The notes under the pieces: model-generated
What the model was told of the DNA's origin: nothing
What the model saw: only the letters and a program-made list of their open reading frames with translations
Database searches by the model: none
Shown: in pieces, positions 18,959 to 28,571 of the stretch
How the letters are laid out: every line of letters starts with the position of its first letter
How positions within the stretch are numbered: position 1 is the stretch's first letter
DNA from: Granulicella sp.
GTDB taxonomy: Bacteria; Acidobacteriota; Terriglobia; Terriglobales; Acidobacteriaceae
Direction: 5' to 3'
Assembly: GCA_027339965.1 (NCBI GenBank)
Contig: DAHWNL010000049.1
Coordinates: 1-64,000, forward strand
DNA: 64,000 bases
Position numbers and translations under genes: made by a program

Positions 18959-19356
18959 CTCAGCCGACCTTCGTCGTCAAGGATCTGCCTCCCACCCGGA
19001 AGAAGCCTTTCCTGCGCCGTTTCGCTCGCCGGGATTCGCGCACCCGTCCGAGCTGTACCTCCGGCCAGGAGGAGTTCCGTGCCGCGCCTCCGGACAGTTC
19101 TCTGTCGCGGTCCGGAAGCGGCTGGAACTGATCAAGAGGACTGCTGGCGTTGTCATGACGTTGCAACCGGAGGGTCACCGCGTCTCTCGCTGACCATTCT
19201 GCCGATCGGATACACGACAAAACCCTTCGGGATACGACACTCTTTGGTGTTGTTGGAGGAACGCAGCCGGATACAGCTGAAGATGCGCCCGTGCGCCTTG
19301 AGTCGTGTATCGTTGGAAGCAATCACCGTTTGAATCCTCCAACGGAGGTGACTCTG

Positions 19357-20406
19357 ATGAAGCGGTTCTCTCGATATCATCCTGGCGAGGAGATCTCCCC
19401 CGGCCGTTCCCACTGGACGGTACGCTCCCGGGCTGGAGTTTTGGCCGGCGCCTTGGCGTGTGCTCCCGGCTGCGCCCACAGGACGCCCGCCGTCGTTCCA
19501 CCGCCCCCGCCTCAGGCCGTCATCCAGCGCGTCACACATGCCAGGCAGGTCTTTCTCTCCAACGCCGGCGCCAACGACTACTTCAACGGCCAGATTCCTG
19601 GGGCGCCCAACGCAGTCTACAACCAGCTTTATGCGGCCCTTCAGCGGTGGGGCTACTTTCATCTGACGGACTCGCCCGACCACGCTGACCTGATCTTCCA
19701 GATACGCGGCACTGAGGCCATGCCGAAGATCATTACTCCCGCCTACGGATGGTCCACGGGACGCCAGCATCAGCCTTGTCTCCAACTCGTCATCTTTGAC
19801 CCCGGAAAGGACCGAGCCAATCCCATCCCTATCGACACGATCAAGGTGCGGGCCGGACGCGGAGCCAATGTTCCCAAAGGCAAGATCGCGCTGGCTCAGT
19901 CCATCGAGTGGCTCACCTATCAGCTAAGCACTCGGGTCTCCCGACCTCCCGTCCGATCCTCTGGATTAAGCGCGAATACCGCTCTGCGACCGTCCCTTGA
20001 GACGCTGATCCGCGCCGTTGGACCTATTCCCCCTCAATTCTTCAACGCCAGGAAGGTGTATCTGGAGGCCGGCTGGTCGGCAAAACCTCCTGCTTCCATC
20101 AGAAGTACTGAAATCAAGAGAATTGAAATCAAGGATCTGCAAGCGGACCTGTCTGCCTGGGGCTACTACCAGCTCGTTCAAACACCACAGTTCGCTGATG
20201 TCGTCTTTCACCTTAACAATGATCCTGAAAATGGAGTGGCTATTATAGTTACCCTCCCAGGCAGCAAGGTGATCCTTTGGGCGATCGACGATCCCCACTT
20301 CGGTTTTGACAACAATTTGGCCAAAGTGGATCAAAGCCTGGTCACGCTCCTCAAGCAGATCCATCATCTCCCCTTGACTGGAGCAGAGAAGGCTGCCTTG
20401 CGCTGA
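19357..20406 (+). CDS. Hypothetical exported/lipoprotein with an internally duplicated domain
   Basis: GGAGG RBS; hydrophobic stretch ending APGC; two homologous modules. Confidence 0.6.
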   Translation: MKRFSRYHPGEEISPGRSHWTVRSRAGVLAGALACAPGCAHRTPAVVPPPPPQAVIQRVTHARQVFLSNAGANDYFNGQIPGAPNAVYNQLYAALQRWGYFHLTDSPDHADLIFQIRGTEAMPKIITPAYGWSTGRQHQPCLQLVIFDPGKDRANPIPIDTIKVRAGRGANVPKGKIALAQSIEWLTYQLSTRVSRPPVRSSGLSANTALRPSLETLIRAVGPIPPQFFNARKVYLEAGWSAKPPASIRSTEIKRIEIKDLQADLSAWGYYQLVQTPQFADVVFHLNNDPENGVAIIVTLPGSKVILWAIDDPHFGFDNNLAKVDQSLVTLLKQIHHLPLTGAEKAALR

Positions 20407-20560
20407 GGCGCGGCGTTGGAAGTCCTGAACATCCACCAAGAGCTCCAGCGCCGACAGCGGAGCCTTCGGATACGCCTCTACCCCGCCATCTCGGCAAGGC
20501 TTGAGGCGTCCGCAGTGCATGGACCTTCCGCCCGAGGCGGGGGATACGTAAACTACCGCT

Positions 20561-23500
20561 ATGGCCGCCGAGTTCACCCATCTCCACCTGCACACGGACT
20601 ACTCCCTGCTGGACGGGGCCTGCGACGTTGATAAGCTGGCAAAACATCTAGCTAATCTGGGCCAGAAGGCTGCCGCTATCACCGACCATGGCAACATCCA
20701 CGGCGCTGTTCACTTTTTCGATGCGCTGAAGAAGAGAAATCTCAAGCCGATCCTGGGCTGTGAGCTCTATGTCTGCAAAGAGGAGTCCCATTTGCGCGAG
20801 CACGCCGACCCGGACTCCAAGTACAACCATCTGCTGGTGTTGGCAGAAAATGAGGCAGGCTACAAAAATCTGGTCCGGCTCTCCAGCGAGGCCGCTCTGC
20901 ACGGCTTTTACAAGAAGCCTCGGGTCTCCAAGTCATTTTTGGCCAAACACACGGAAGGACTGATCTGCTTCTCCGGGTGTCTCGCCGGTGAGGTGAGTCA
21001 GCACATTATGGCGGGAAACTACCATCTGGCCAAACGAACCGCCGGTGAATTGGAGACGCTCTTCGGACGGGGAAACTTCTTCCTTGAGATCCAGGATCAC
21101 CATTTGGAGCCGGACAAGGCTGTCACAGAAGCAATGTTCCGCCTGGAAAAGGACCTGGATATTCCGCTGATTGCCACCAATGACTCGCATTACATCGAGG
21201 ATCAGGACTCCCGAGCTCACGAGGTTTTACTTTGCGTTCAAACCGGGGGGAGTATGAACGACCCCAAGCGCTTCAAGTTTGACACGCAGGAGTTCTACAT
21301 CAAGAGCGCTGAACAGATGCATCGCCTCTTCGCTCATGCGCCCCAGGTCTGTACCCGCACCATGCAATTTCCGGAGCGCTGCCAGCTCGAGCTCTCCAAG
21401 GTAAAGAATCCCTTTCCCCAGTTCGACTGCCCCGACGGAATGGATCTGGATGCATACTTCGAGCAGGTCTGCCGAGCCGGCTGGCGTCACCGCCGGGAGA
21501 CCGCAATCAGACACCTGCAAGAGACCGGCAAGCTTCGCCGCTCCATCGCCGACTATGAGACCAGGCTTCAACGCGAGATTGAATGCATCCAACAGATGAA
21601 GTTTCCAGGTTATTTCATGATTGTATGGGACTTCATTCGCTATGCAAGAGAGCAGGGCATTCCCGTGGGCCCGGGCCGTGGTTCAGCTGCCGGGTCGCTA
21701 GTGGCCTATGTCATGGAGATTACCAACATTGATCCGTTGCAAAACGATCTGCTTTTTGAGCGATTCTTGAATCCCGAGCGGGTCTCCATGCCGGACATTG
21801 ACATTGACTTTGACATGAATCGCCGCGGCGAGGTCATCGAGTATGTCCGGCGCAAGTACGGAAATGATCAGGTAGCTCAGATCATCACCTTCAATACGAT
21901 GGCCGCCAAAGCGGCGATCAAGGATGTTGGCAGAGTCTTGGACATGCCCTATGGCGAGGTGGACCGCATCGCCAAGCTCATCCCCACCACCATCGGCATC
22001 ACCATTGAACAGGCTCTCCAGGAAAACCCTTTGTTGGCTTCGGCGTATCACTCTGACCCAAAGATCAAGGAACTCATCGACACGGCCCAGCGCTTGGAAG
22101 GTCTGGTGCGCGGCGCCGGGGTACACGCCGCAGGGGTTGTCATCGCACCTCAACCGCTCACCGAACTTGTTCCGGTAACACGAACAAAAGATGATGCAAT
22201 CGTCACAAGTTACGACATGAAGGCTGTGGAGAAGATGGGGCTTCTCAAGATGGACTTCCTGGGCCTGACCACGCTGACGGTGATCGACGACTGTTTGAAG
22301 TTGATCGAGGCGAACCGGGGAGAAGGAGAAAAGGTGGATCTGGCCATGATCGACCTGGAGGATGAGGCGACCTTTGAGCGCGTCTTTCACCGGGCGCTCA
22401 CCTCCGGGGTCTTCCAGTTTGAGTCCAGCGGCATGCAGGATGTTCTGCGCCGGTACAAGCCCAACTCGATCGAGCATCTCACGGCGCTGAATGCGCTCTA
22501 TCGGCCGGGCCCGATGTCGATGATCGACGACTTTATTGAACGCAAGTGGGGCCGGCGCGAGGTGGAATACATCCTGCCCGATCTGGAGCCCATTCTTCGC
22601 GAGACGCTTGGCGTGATGGTCTACCAGGAGCAGGTCATGCAGATCTCCAATCTCATTGGTGGCTACTCGCTGGGCGGAGCCGATCTGCTGCGCCGCGCCA
22701 TGGGGAAGAAGGACGTCGTCGAGATGGAGAAGCAGCGCGAAGTCTTCTTGGCCGGTGCTGCGGAGCGCAACTACCCCAAAGCCGCCGCCGGGGAAATCTT
22801 TGACCAGATGGCCAAATTTGCGGGTTACGGCTTCAACAAGTCACACTCAGCCGCCTACTCCTTGTTGGCCTACCACACTGCCTGGCTCAAGACCCATTAT
22901 CCGGTGGAGTTCATGGCGGCGCTGCTCACCTCGGAGACCAGCAAGCCGGAGAACGTGGTGAAGTACATTGCGGAGTGCGGCGAGCTGGGCATCTCCGTCA
23001 TCCCGCCTGACGTCCAGGTCTCCGCCGCGAACTTCACTCCCACAGGCGATTCGATCTTGTTTGGTCTGGCCGCTATCAAGAACGTGGGCCGCAACGCCAT
23101 TGACTCTATTCTGAGCGCTCGCGCCGAACTGCAAGCGGCAGGGAAGAACGGCTTCCATTCGCTCTATGAGTTTTGTGAGAAAGTGGACCTCCGCCTGATG
23201 AACAAGCGCGTGCTGGAGAGCCTTTGCAAGGCAGGCGCTCTGGACTCCTTTGGCCCCCGCGCCCGCGTCTTTGCGGCCCTGGACAAGGCGATCGAGCGAG
23301 CCCAGAAATCGCAACGCGACTCCGCCTCCGGCCAGCACGGTCTCTTTGGCATGTTTGACGAGCTTGGGCCGGCTCGCAATGACGACGCTCTTCCAGAGGC
23401 GCCAGATTGGGACGAGCATATTCGTCTGCAGTATGAGAAGGAGGTTCTGGGCTTTTTTGTCAGCGGCCACCCCCTGGAGCGATATCGGGAAAAGCTACGC

Positions 23501-24091
23501 AATTTGAAGGTGATCGACACTGTGACGGCTTGCGAGATGAAGATTGAGCCGCAACCGTTCCGCCGCGGCCGCGGCGACGATGGCTCCCATGAGATTCAGA
23601 TGGCCGGCGTGATTACAGGCCTGAAGGTCGCCAAATCGAAGCGTACCGGAGAGATGTATGCCCAGGCCACGCTGGAGGATAGCGTGGGCAGGATCGACCT
23701 GATCGCTTTTTCCTCGTCCTACGAGAAGTTGTCCGAAAAGCTGAAGATTGACGTGCCGGTGCTGGTGCGCGGCAGCTTGCGCGGCGACGAGGATTCCGCT
23801 CCCAAGCTGGCCGTCAGCGCCATTACGGCACTGGAGGACGTTCAAATCAAGCTTCCGCAGGCCCTGCGCATCCATGTCCCCATGCACCATCAGAATACCG
23901 ATCTTCTCTCGAAGCTGGAGGCTGTCTTTCGTTCCTTTCCCGGCGAGGGCAAGCTGATGTTGCGCTTGGAAGAGCCCAAACAGTTCGCGGTAGACCTGGA
24001 GCCAAAGGGGCTCCAGGTGGGAGCGGACATGGCTTTCATCGAAAAGGTGGAGGCTCTGGTGGGGCGCGGCTCCGTACAGATCATTCAGTAA
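20561..24091 (+). CDS. dnaE: DNA polymerase III alpha subunit
   Basis: HLHLHTDYSLLDG PHP domain, GPGRGSAAGS, MPDIDID, YGFNKSH, C-terminal OB fold; no intein. Confidence 0.98.
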   Translation: MAAEFTHLHLHTDYSLLDGACDVDKLAKHLANLGQKAAAITDHGNIHGAVHFFDALKKRNLKPILGCELYVCKEESHLREHADPDSKYNHLLVLAENEAGYKNLVRLSSEAALHGFYKKPRVSKSFLAKHTEGLICFSGCLAGEVSQHIMAGNYHLAKRTAGELETLFGRGNFFLEIQDHHLEPDKAVTEAMFRLEKDLDIPLIATNDSHYIEDQDSRAHEVLLCVQTGGSMNDPKRFKFDTQEFYIKSAEQMHRLFAHAPQVCTRTMQFPERCQLELSKVKNPFPQFDCPDGMDLDAYFEQVCRAGWRHRRETAIRHLQETGKLRRSIADYETRLQREIECIQQMKFPGYFMIVWDFIRYAREQGIPVGPGRGSAAGSLVAYVMEITNIDPLQNDLLFERFLNPERVSMPDIDIDFDMNRRGEVIEYVRRKYGNDQVAQIITFNTMAAKAAIKDVGRVLDMPYGEVDRIAKLIPTTIGITIEQALQENPLLASAYHSDPKIKELIDTAQRLEGLVRGAGVHAAGVVIAPQPLTELVPVTRTKDDAIVTSYDMKAVEKMGLLKMDFLGLTTLTVIDDCLKLIEANRGEGEKVDLAMIDLEDEATFERVFHRALTSGVFQFESSGMQDVLRRYKPNSIEHLTALNALYRPGPMSMIDDFIERKWGRREVEYILPDLEPILRETLGVMVYQEQVMQISNLIGGYSLGGADLLRRAMGKKDVVEMEKQREVFLAGAAERNYPKAAAGEIFDQMAKFAGYGFNKSHSAAYSLLAYHTAWLKTHYPVEFMAALLTSETSKPENVVKYIAECGELGISVIPPDVQVSAANFTPTGDSILFGLAAIKNVGRNAIDSILSARAELQAAGKNGFHSLYEFCEKVDLRLMNKRVLESLCKAGALDSFGPRARVFAALDKAIERAQKSQRDSASGQHGLFGMFDELGPARNDDALPEAPDWDEHIRLQYEKEVLGFFVSGHPLERYREKLRNLKVIDTVTACEMKIEPQPFRRGRGDDGSHEIQMAGVITGLKVAKSKRTGEMYAQATLEDSVGRIDLIAFSSSYEKLSEKLKIDVPVLVRGSLRGDEDSAPKLAVSAITALEDVQIKLPQALRIHVPMHHQNTDLLSKLEAVFRSFPGEGKLMLRLEEPKQFAVDLEPKGLQVGADMAFIEKVEALVGRGSVQIIQ

Positions 24092-24278
24092 GCGATTCGT
24101 TCGGCACAGCCCTTTCGCAGGCTCGGCCGCCGGCCTGGCTGACCGGTCCCTGCCCTGGTTCTGCGGGACGGTAGGGGCTCCCGTGGAACGACGGTTCTGC
24201 GGCGTCCCGGGCCGGCCCGCTCTTGCCGCAGGCCGCCCACGGAGTCATTTGTCCCGTACAATCATCTTGGTAAAAGAG

Positions 24279-25130
24279 ATGGCAGATAAGACATCGACAA
24301 AGAACTCCCTTCAGCCCGCGCCACCGGTTCCGGCAGCTTGGCTAAAAACCGAGCTAGCTCGGCATCCACAACGTTGCTATCCGATGGACTTTATTCAGAC
24401 GCTCTTCACTGGTTTCAGCGAGATTCACGGAGATCGCCAGTTTGCGGACGATCCTGCCATGACTGCGGGGATGGCGCGCTTCCACGGCCAACCGGTGATG
24501 GTGATCGCCAATCTGAAGGGCCGCACCGTCAAGGAGCGGGTTGCCCGCAAATTTGGCTCGCCTGATCCGGAGGGATATCGCAAGGCGCTGCGGGCCATGA
24601 AGATTGCGGAGAAGTTTCATCGCCCGGTTTTTACTTTCATTGACTGTGCCGGAGCCAATCCCGGTCTGGGCGCCGAGGAGCGTGGTCAGGCTGAAGCCAT
24701 CGCCCGCAACCTTCTGGAGATGTCCCGGCTTCGAGTGCCGACGATTGCAACCATCACCGGTGAAGGCGGCTCCGGCGGAGCGTTGGCGCTGGCCGTCGCG
24801 GACTGCGTCCTGATGCTGGAGAACGCTATCTACTCGGTGATCTCACCGGAAGGCTGTGCCTCCATCATGTGGAAGGACGCATCCCGCAAACAGGAGGCGG
24901 CCGTTGCGCTGCGCTACACGGCATACGATGTGAAGCGCTTGGGCTGCGTCGATGAGGTCATCCCCGAGCCGGAGGGAGGAACGCAGAATGATCCGGTTTC
25001 GGCGGCAAAGCTCATCGATGAGCGATTGGTAGAACATCTGCGCGACTTGCAGCGCCTCTCCGTCGAAGACCTTCTGTCAGCGCGCTATCAAAAGTTCAGG
25101 AAGATGGCTCAGTTCTACACCACGGCCTGA
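24279..25130 (+). CDS. accA: Acetyl-CoA carboxylase carboxyltransferase alpha
   Basis: ARHPQR, HGDR, PEGYRKALR, GEGGSGGAL, YSVISPEGCA; usual position after dnaE. Confidence 0.95.
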   Translation: MADKTSTKNSLQPAPPVPAAWLKTELARHPQRCYPMDFIQTLFTGFSEIHGDRQFADDPAMTAGMARFHGQPVMVIANLKGRTVKERVARKFGSPDPEGYRKALRAMKIAEKFHRPVFTFIDCAGANPGLGAEERGQAEAIARNLLEMSRLRVPTIATITGEGGSGGALALAVADCVLMLENAIYSVISPEGCASIMWKDASRKQEAAVALRYTAYDVKRLGCVDEVIPEPEGGTQNDPVSAAKLIDERLVEHLRDLQRLSVEDLLSARYQKFRKMAQFYTTA

Positions 25131-25336
25131 TCCAGGCAGGAGCAGGCCGTCTTGACCCTCGCCGGGAATTGCTTCCCGAGAAGTGAACAGAACGCTACTT
25201 CATCGGTTTGGGAGATCATTCACCTGGAAGGAGGTTGATCGGCATCTCATCTTGCGGGTGGGTCATCGCTGCATTGTCCCAACGGTTGTATCCAATCTTC
25301 GAAAGAATCGTCTGAAACAAAGGAGTCTTCCTACCT

Positions 25337-26431
25337 TTGCCATCTTTGCTTCCATCCTCTCGCCAACGCCCCTTCCACATGCTCCTCTTTCTGGGGGGAG
25401 GGGTGTGGGTCATCGCCGCCCGAGGCCTCGCGGTTCGCGCTGCCAACGGGCTAACGATTCGCTTCAACCTCTCACTCTTCAACGACCTGATTCAGCAAGC
25501 CTTTCTTTTGTTCCTCCTTCTCTGGGGCTTTGCCACCCTAAGCTGGATGGCAACCCGGCCCTCGACCCGGGAGGAAGACGGCCGGGGCTACGGCCTTCGA
25601 GCCGGCAACGCTCTACCAAACCGCGCTACCACCCGCGAAGAGTGGATGCGCGGAGCGGCCATCGGATGGGGCATGGTTCTGGCCGCTCTTTTGCCGATGG
25701 TTCTGACTGGATCCCTCCATCCCCAGTTCGACTTCTCCTGGGAAAATCTTGGCTTGGCCGTGGTAAGCCTGTTGACCCTCGCCTTGCTGACACTCACCGT
25801 CGAGATTGTCTTTCGCGGCTTTCTTTTTATGGAGATGATTGCCGCCACCAACTCAGGCTTCGCCACATTTTTCCTCTCTTTCCTCTACGCCGCTTTGGGA
25901 AGCCTTCGTCCCGACGACACTCTCTTCAGTGTCCTGAACACTTTTCTGTTCGGAATCCTCCTGTGCACCTGCTACCTGCGAACCCGGGCTCTCTGGATCG
26001 GGTGGGGAGTTCACTTCGGCTGGAACGCAGTGCTAGCCGTCCTCTTCGGCATTCCTCTCTCTGGAGACGTCAGCTACAGCAATCTCGTCTTCACCTCTGC
26101 TGCCGGCCCGCAATGGCTGACCGGCGGCGCCTATGGGCCGGAGGCAGGGATGCTAACCGGCGCCGTGCTCCTGGTCTCTATTGTGGTGGTCTTGCGAGTG
26201 ACACGCCAATACGCCTGGGAGTATACCTATCGTCCCCCTGCGCCCGGCGGTTACCCGATGGACACATCTGCGCCTGCCGGACACAACCCGTCACCTGCTC
26301 CCCTGGTTCAGATTCTTGCTTCCAGCCCTTCTTCGCCCTTCGTCAACCCAACTTCCCCAGGATCGTCGCCAGGATCGTCGCCAGGATCGCCTCCAGGATC
26401 GCCTCCAGGGGCGCCGCCGTCTCAGCCCTGA
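25337..26431 (+). CDS. CPBP (Abi/CAAX) family intramembrane protease-like protein, partly degenerate motifs
   Basis: Polytopic; VEIVFRG, HFGWN, WLTGGAYGPEAG; Pro/Ser-rich tail. Confidence 0.75.
   Translation: MPSLLPSSRQRPFHMLLFLGGGVWVIAARGLAVRAANGLTIRFNLSLFNDLIQQAFLLFLLLWGFATLSWMATRPSTREEDGRGYGLRAGNALPNRATTREEWMRGAAIGWGMVLAALLPMVLTGSLHPQFDFSWENLGLAVVSLLTLALLTLTVEIVFRGFLFMEMIAATNSGFATFFLSFLYAALGSLRPDDTLFSVLNTFLFGILLCTCYLRTRALWIGWGVHFGWNAVLAVLFGIPLSGDVSYSNLVFTSAAGPQWLTGGAYGPEAGMLTGAVLLVSIVVVLRVTRQYAWEYTYRPPAPGGYPMDTSAPAGHNPSPAPLVQILASSPSSPFVNPTSPGSSPGSSPGSPPGSPPGAPPSQP
26357..26409 (+). repeat. 12-bp coding tandem repeat (CCAGGATCG TCG/CCT), ~4.4 copies, encoding PGSS/PGSP
   Basis: CCAGGATCGTCG x2, CCAGGATCGCCT x2, then CCAGG. 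Confidence 0.9.
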
Positions 26432-26626
26432 CGCGACACTCTATAGCCACGGCCTGTCCTCCGCAGACAGAAGGCAGGGTCTCCGATCGTGTAAACTCAA
26501 AGGAGCGATTCAATCCGCCTTGCGCTCTTGCGACCCCCTGTTCGGCCCAGCCCACCCGCCTAGCCCGTTACGGATCCAGCACGGTCGCTCAGCACTGTGC
26601 GGGCCTCACTTTTGTTCCAGGAGATC

Positions 26627-26812
26627 ATGACAATGGCAAAGATTGCCAAGACCGGAGACCGCAAGAAGGTCATGGATACACAGAAGAGCACGGATTGTCC
26701 CAAGTGCTCCAAGCCCACCCGCATTGTCAAGCGGGTCAAGGACCGTGAGCGTGGCATCCCGGGCGGCGTTTATATCTCCTGCTCGGCCTGTGACTTCTTC
26801 GAAAAGCTCTGA
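26627..26812 (+). CDS. Small basic zinc-ribbon protein (CxxC...CxxC)
   Basis: AGGAGA RBS; CPKC...CSAC; Lys/Arg rich; start at 26627 or 26633. Confidence 0.75.
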   Translation: MTMAKIAKTGDRKKVMDTQKSTDCPKCSKPTRIVKRVKDRERGIPGGVYISCSACDFFEKL

Positions 26813-27069
26813 GAGCAAACGAAGGCTGAAGTCTACCTTCCGGGAGATTCTTTCGCCATGGCCTGAGCTTGGAAAGGTTCCGCCAGTTGGAGCGCCGCAT
26901 GAAGGATCTTCGAATCTCCTCAGCAGCCTCCTGAGAGCTTGTGGAACGAGCAACTCCAGCAAGGATGCCGGCAAAATCCTTGCTTCTCTTGATGATCTTC
27001 GACTGCGTCTCGCGGTTTACCCCATCCGGGCTGAGACTTTTCAACATAGTTTTTGATCAACGTACCATC

Positions 27070-27098
27070 AAAAGGTTCGCCCGCCGGCGGACCTTTTT
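27070..27098 (+). terminator. Intrinsic terminator-like hairpin
   Basis: AAAAGGTTCGCC-CGCC-GGCGGACCTTTTT. Confidence 0.65.
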
Positions 27099-27222
27099 GC
27101 TTGTGGAGGCGTCTCACCAACTGTGCGTTTCGGGCAAGTATCCCTTCGAGTAACCTTCCCCCACTTGACGAAGGTTGTCTCTGGGGAGGAAACTCCTTCA
27201 CGGTAACAGGAACTTCTTCATT

Positions 27223-28146
27223 ATGGTCATCAGCACTGCCGTCTCACCCGATGCTTCCAAGCTCTTCGCTTCCACGCCCCAGTTCACCCGTCCAACCTAT
27301 CTGATGTGTCCACCCGAGTGGTACGGCATCGATTACGTGCTGAACCCCTGGATGGCGAGCAACGTTCATCGATCCTCTCGCGACCTTGCCTTTGCGCAGT
27401 GGAAGAGCATGCACAATGTACTACGCAGCGTGGCGGACGTTCGCCTTTTGCGTCCAGAGCCGGGCTGCCCGGACATGGTCTTCCTTTCCCATGGTGCCCT
27501 CATTCATCATGGCGTGGCGGCCATCTCCAGCTTCAATCCGCTACAGCGTCGCCCTGAAACCGCCCACCTTCGGCGCTGGCTGATCAGTGAAGGGTTCTTG
27601 ATCTGGGAGACCCCGCGCGAGACTCCCTTCGAAGGAGAGGGTGATGTGGCCTTTAACGATCAAGGGACAGCCCTTTGGGCGGCGCACGGCGTGCGTACCT
27701 GCCGCGCTGCGCACCGCCACGTGGCCGCTGCGTGGCAGATCCCCATTACCTCGCTGCACCTGTCGGATCCACGCTTCTACCACCTGGATACCTGCTTCAC
27801 CCCACTGGCGAATCCCACGGGTGAGGGTACGGGTTACATCCTCTACTACCCCGGGGCCTTTGACCCTGCCGCCGTCGCCGCCATCGAAACGGCTTACCCA
27901 GCCAATCACCGAATCGCCGTCTCGGAACTTGACGCAACTCACATGGCTTGTTGCGCGTTGAATCTTGGACGCACCATCTTCACCGGTGAGATCACCCGGG
28001 AGTTGGCGACACGGCTTTTCGACGCCGGCTTCGATGTGGTCCAACTCGAACTCAGCGAGTTCATGAAAGGGGGCGGCGGAGCCAAATCGCTCGCGCTGCG
28101 CCTTAGCGATATGCCCATTACGCACGGTCGCCTTAGGGCGTGCTGA
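27223..28146 (+). CDS. Amidinotransferase / dimethylarginine dimethylaminohydrolase-fold protein (catalytic Cys appears to be Ser)
   Basis: YLMCPP, NPWM, PDMVF, FEGEGD, FYHLDTCF, EFMKGGGGAKSL. Confidence 0.82.
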   Translation: MVISTAVSPDASKLFASTPQFTRPTYLMCPPEWYGIDYVLNPWMASNVHRSSRDLAFAQWKSMHNVLRSVADVRLLRPEPGCPDMVFLSHGALIHHGVAAISSFNPLQRRPETAHLRRWLISEGFLIWETPRETPFEGEGDVAFNDQGTALWAAHGVRTCRAAHRHVAAAWQIPITSLHLSDPRFYHLDTCFTPLANPTGEGTGYILYYPGAFDPAAVAAIETAYPANHRIAVSELDATHMACCALNLGRTIFTGEITRELATRLFDAGFDVVQLELSEFMKGGGGAKSLALRLSDMPITHGRLRAC

Positions 28147-28571
28147 CGCATACGCTGTCAGGGGCGGCAGATCGGGATCCGGCCTTCTACCGGCGACTGT
28201 TACGGTTCGTCAGGCCGGGGCAACATGCCGCGCTGTTTTGAAGTCAGCCTTGAACAGCAAAGCGCGCGGCGTGCGCCGGGCGTTTCGCTGTTGTAAGGAT
28301 CTTTCAAAATCTAGGCGCCTCTCTGCATCGCCTTTGCCAAAGCCCGTGACCTTGAGCAGCGTTCGCCCCTGGAACGCCCAGGGGAATGCCCAGGAATGGC
28401 CGTTTCGGGAAACCCCCGCAAGGCGGAAGATCTGTATCTTGCCGCAAACCGGCGAGGCCGCAAAGGTCTTTCGGGCAGGGAAGGCACAGGCCCTCCCGGG
28501 GATTGTCTCCGCCCGGCCATCAAGAAGATTTGCCCGCTTCTGCCGTCTGCCAGCGCCGCTTCCTGCATGAT

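Noticed and set aside
20561..24091. Intein or split in dnaE
   Set aside because: Normal length, continuous motifs, no intein signatures.
25183..26748. 521-aa alternative-frame ORF
   Set aside because: Arg/Pro-rich shadow of the CPBP and Zn-ribbon genes, with no recognisable motifs.
28440..28480. GCAAACC...GCAAAG resembling a c-di-GMP-I riboswitch
   Set aside because: P2 is too short, the GNRA/receptor arrangement is missing, and no gene lies downstream on that strand.
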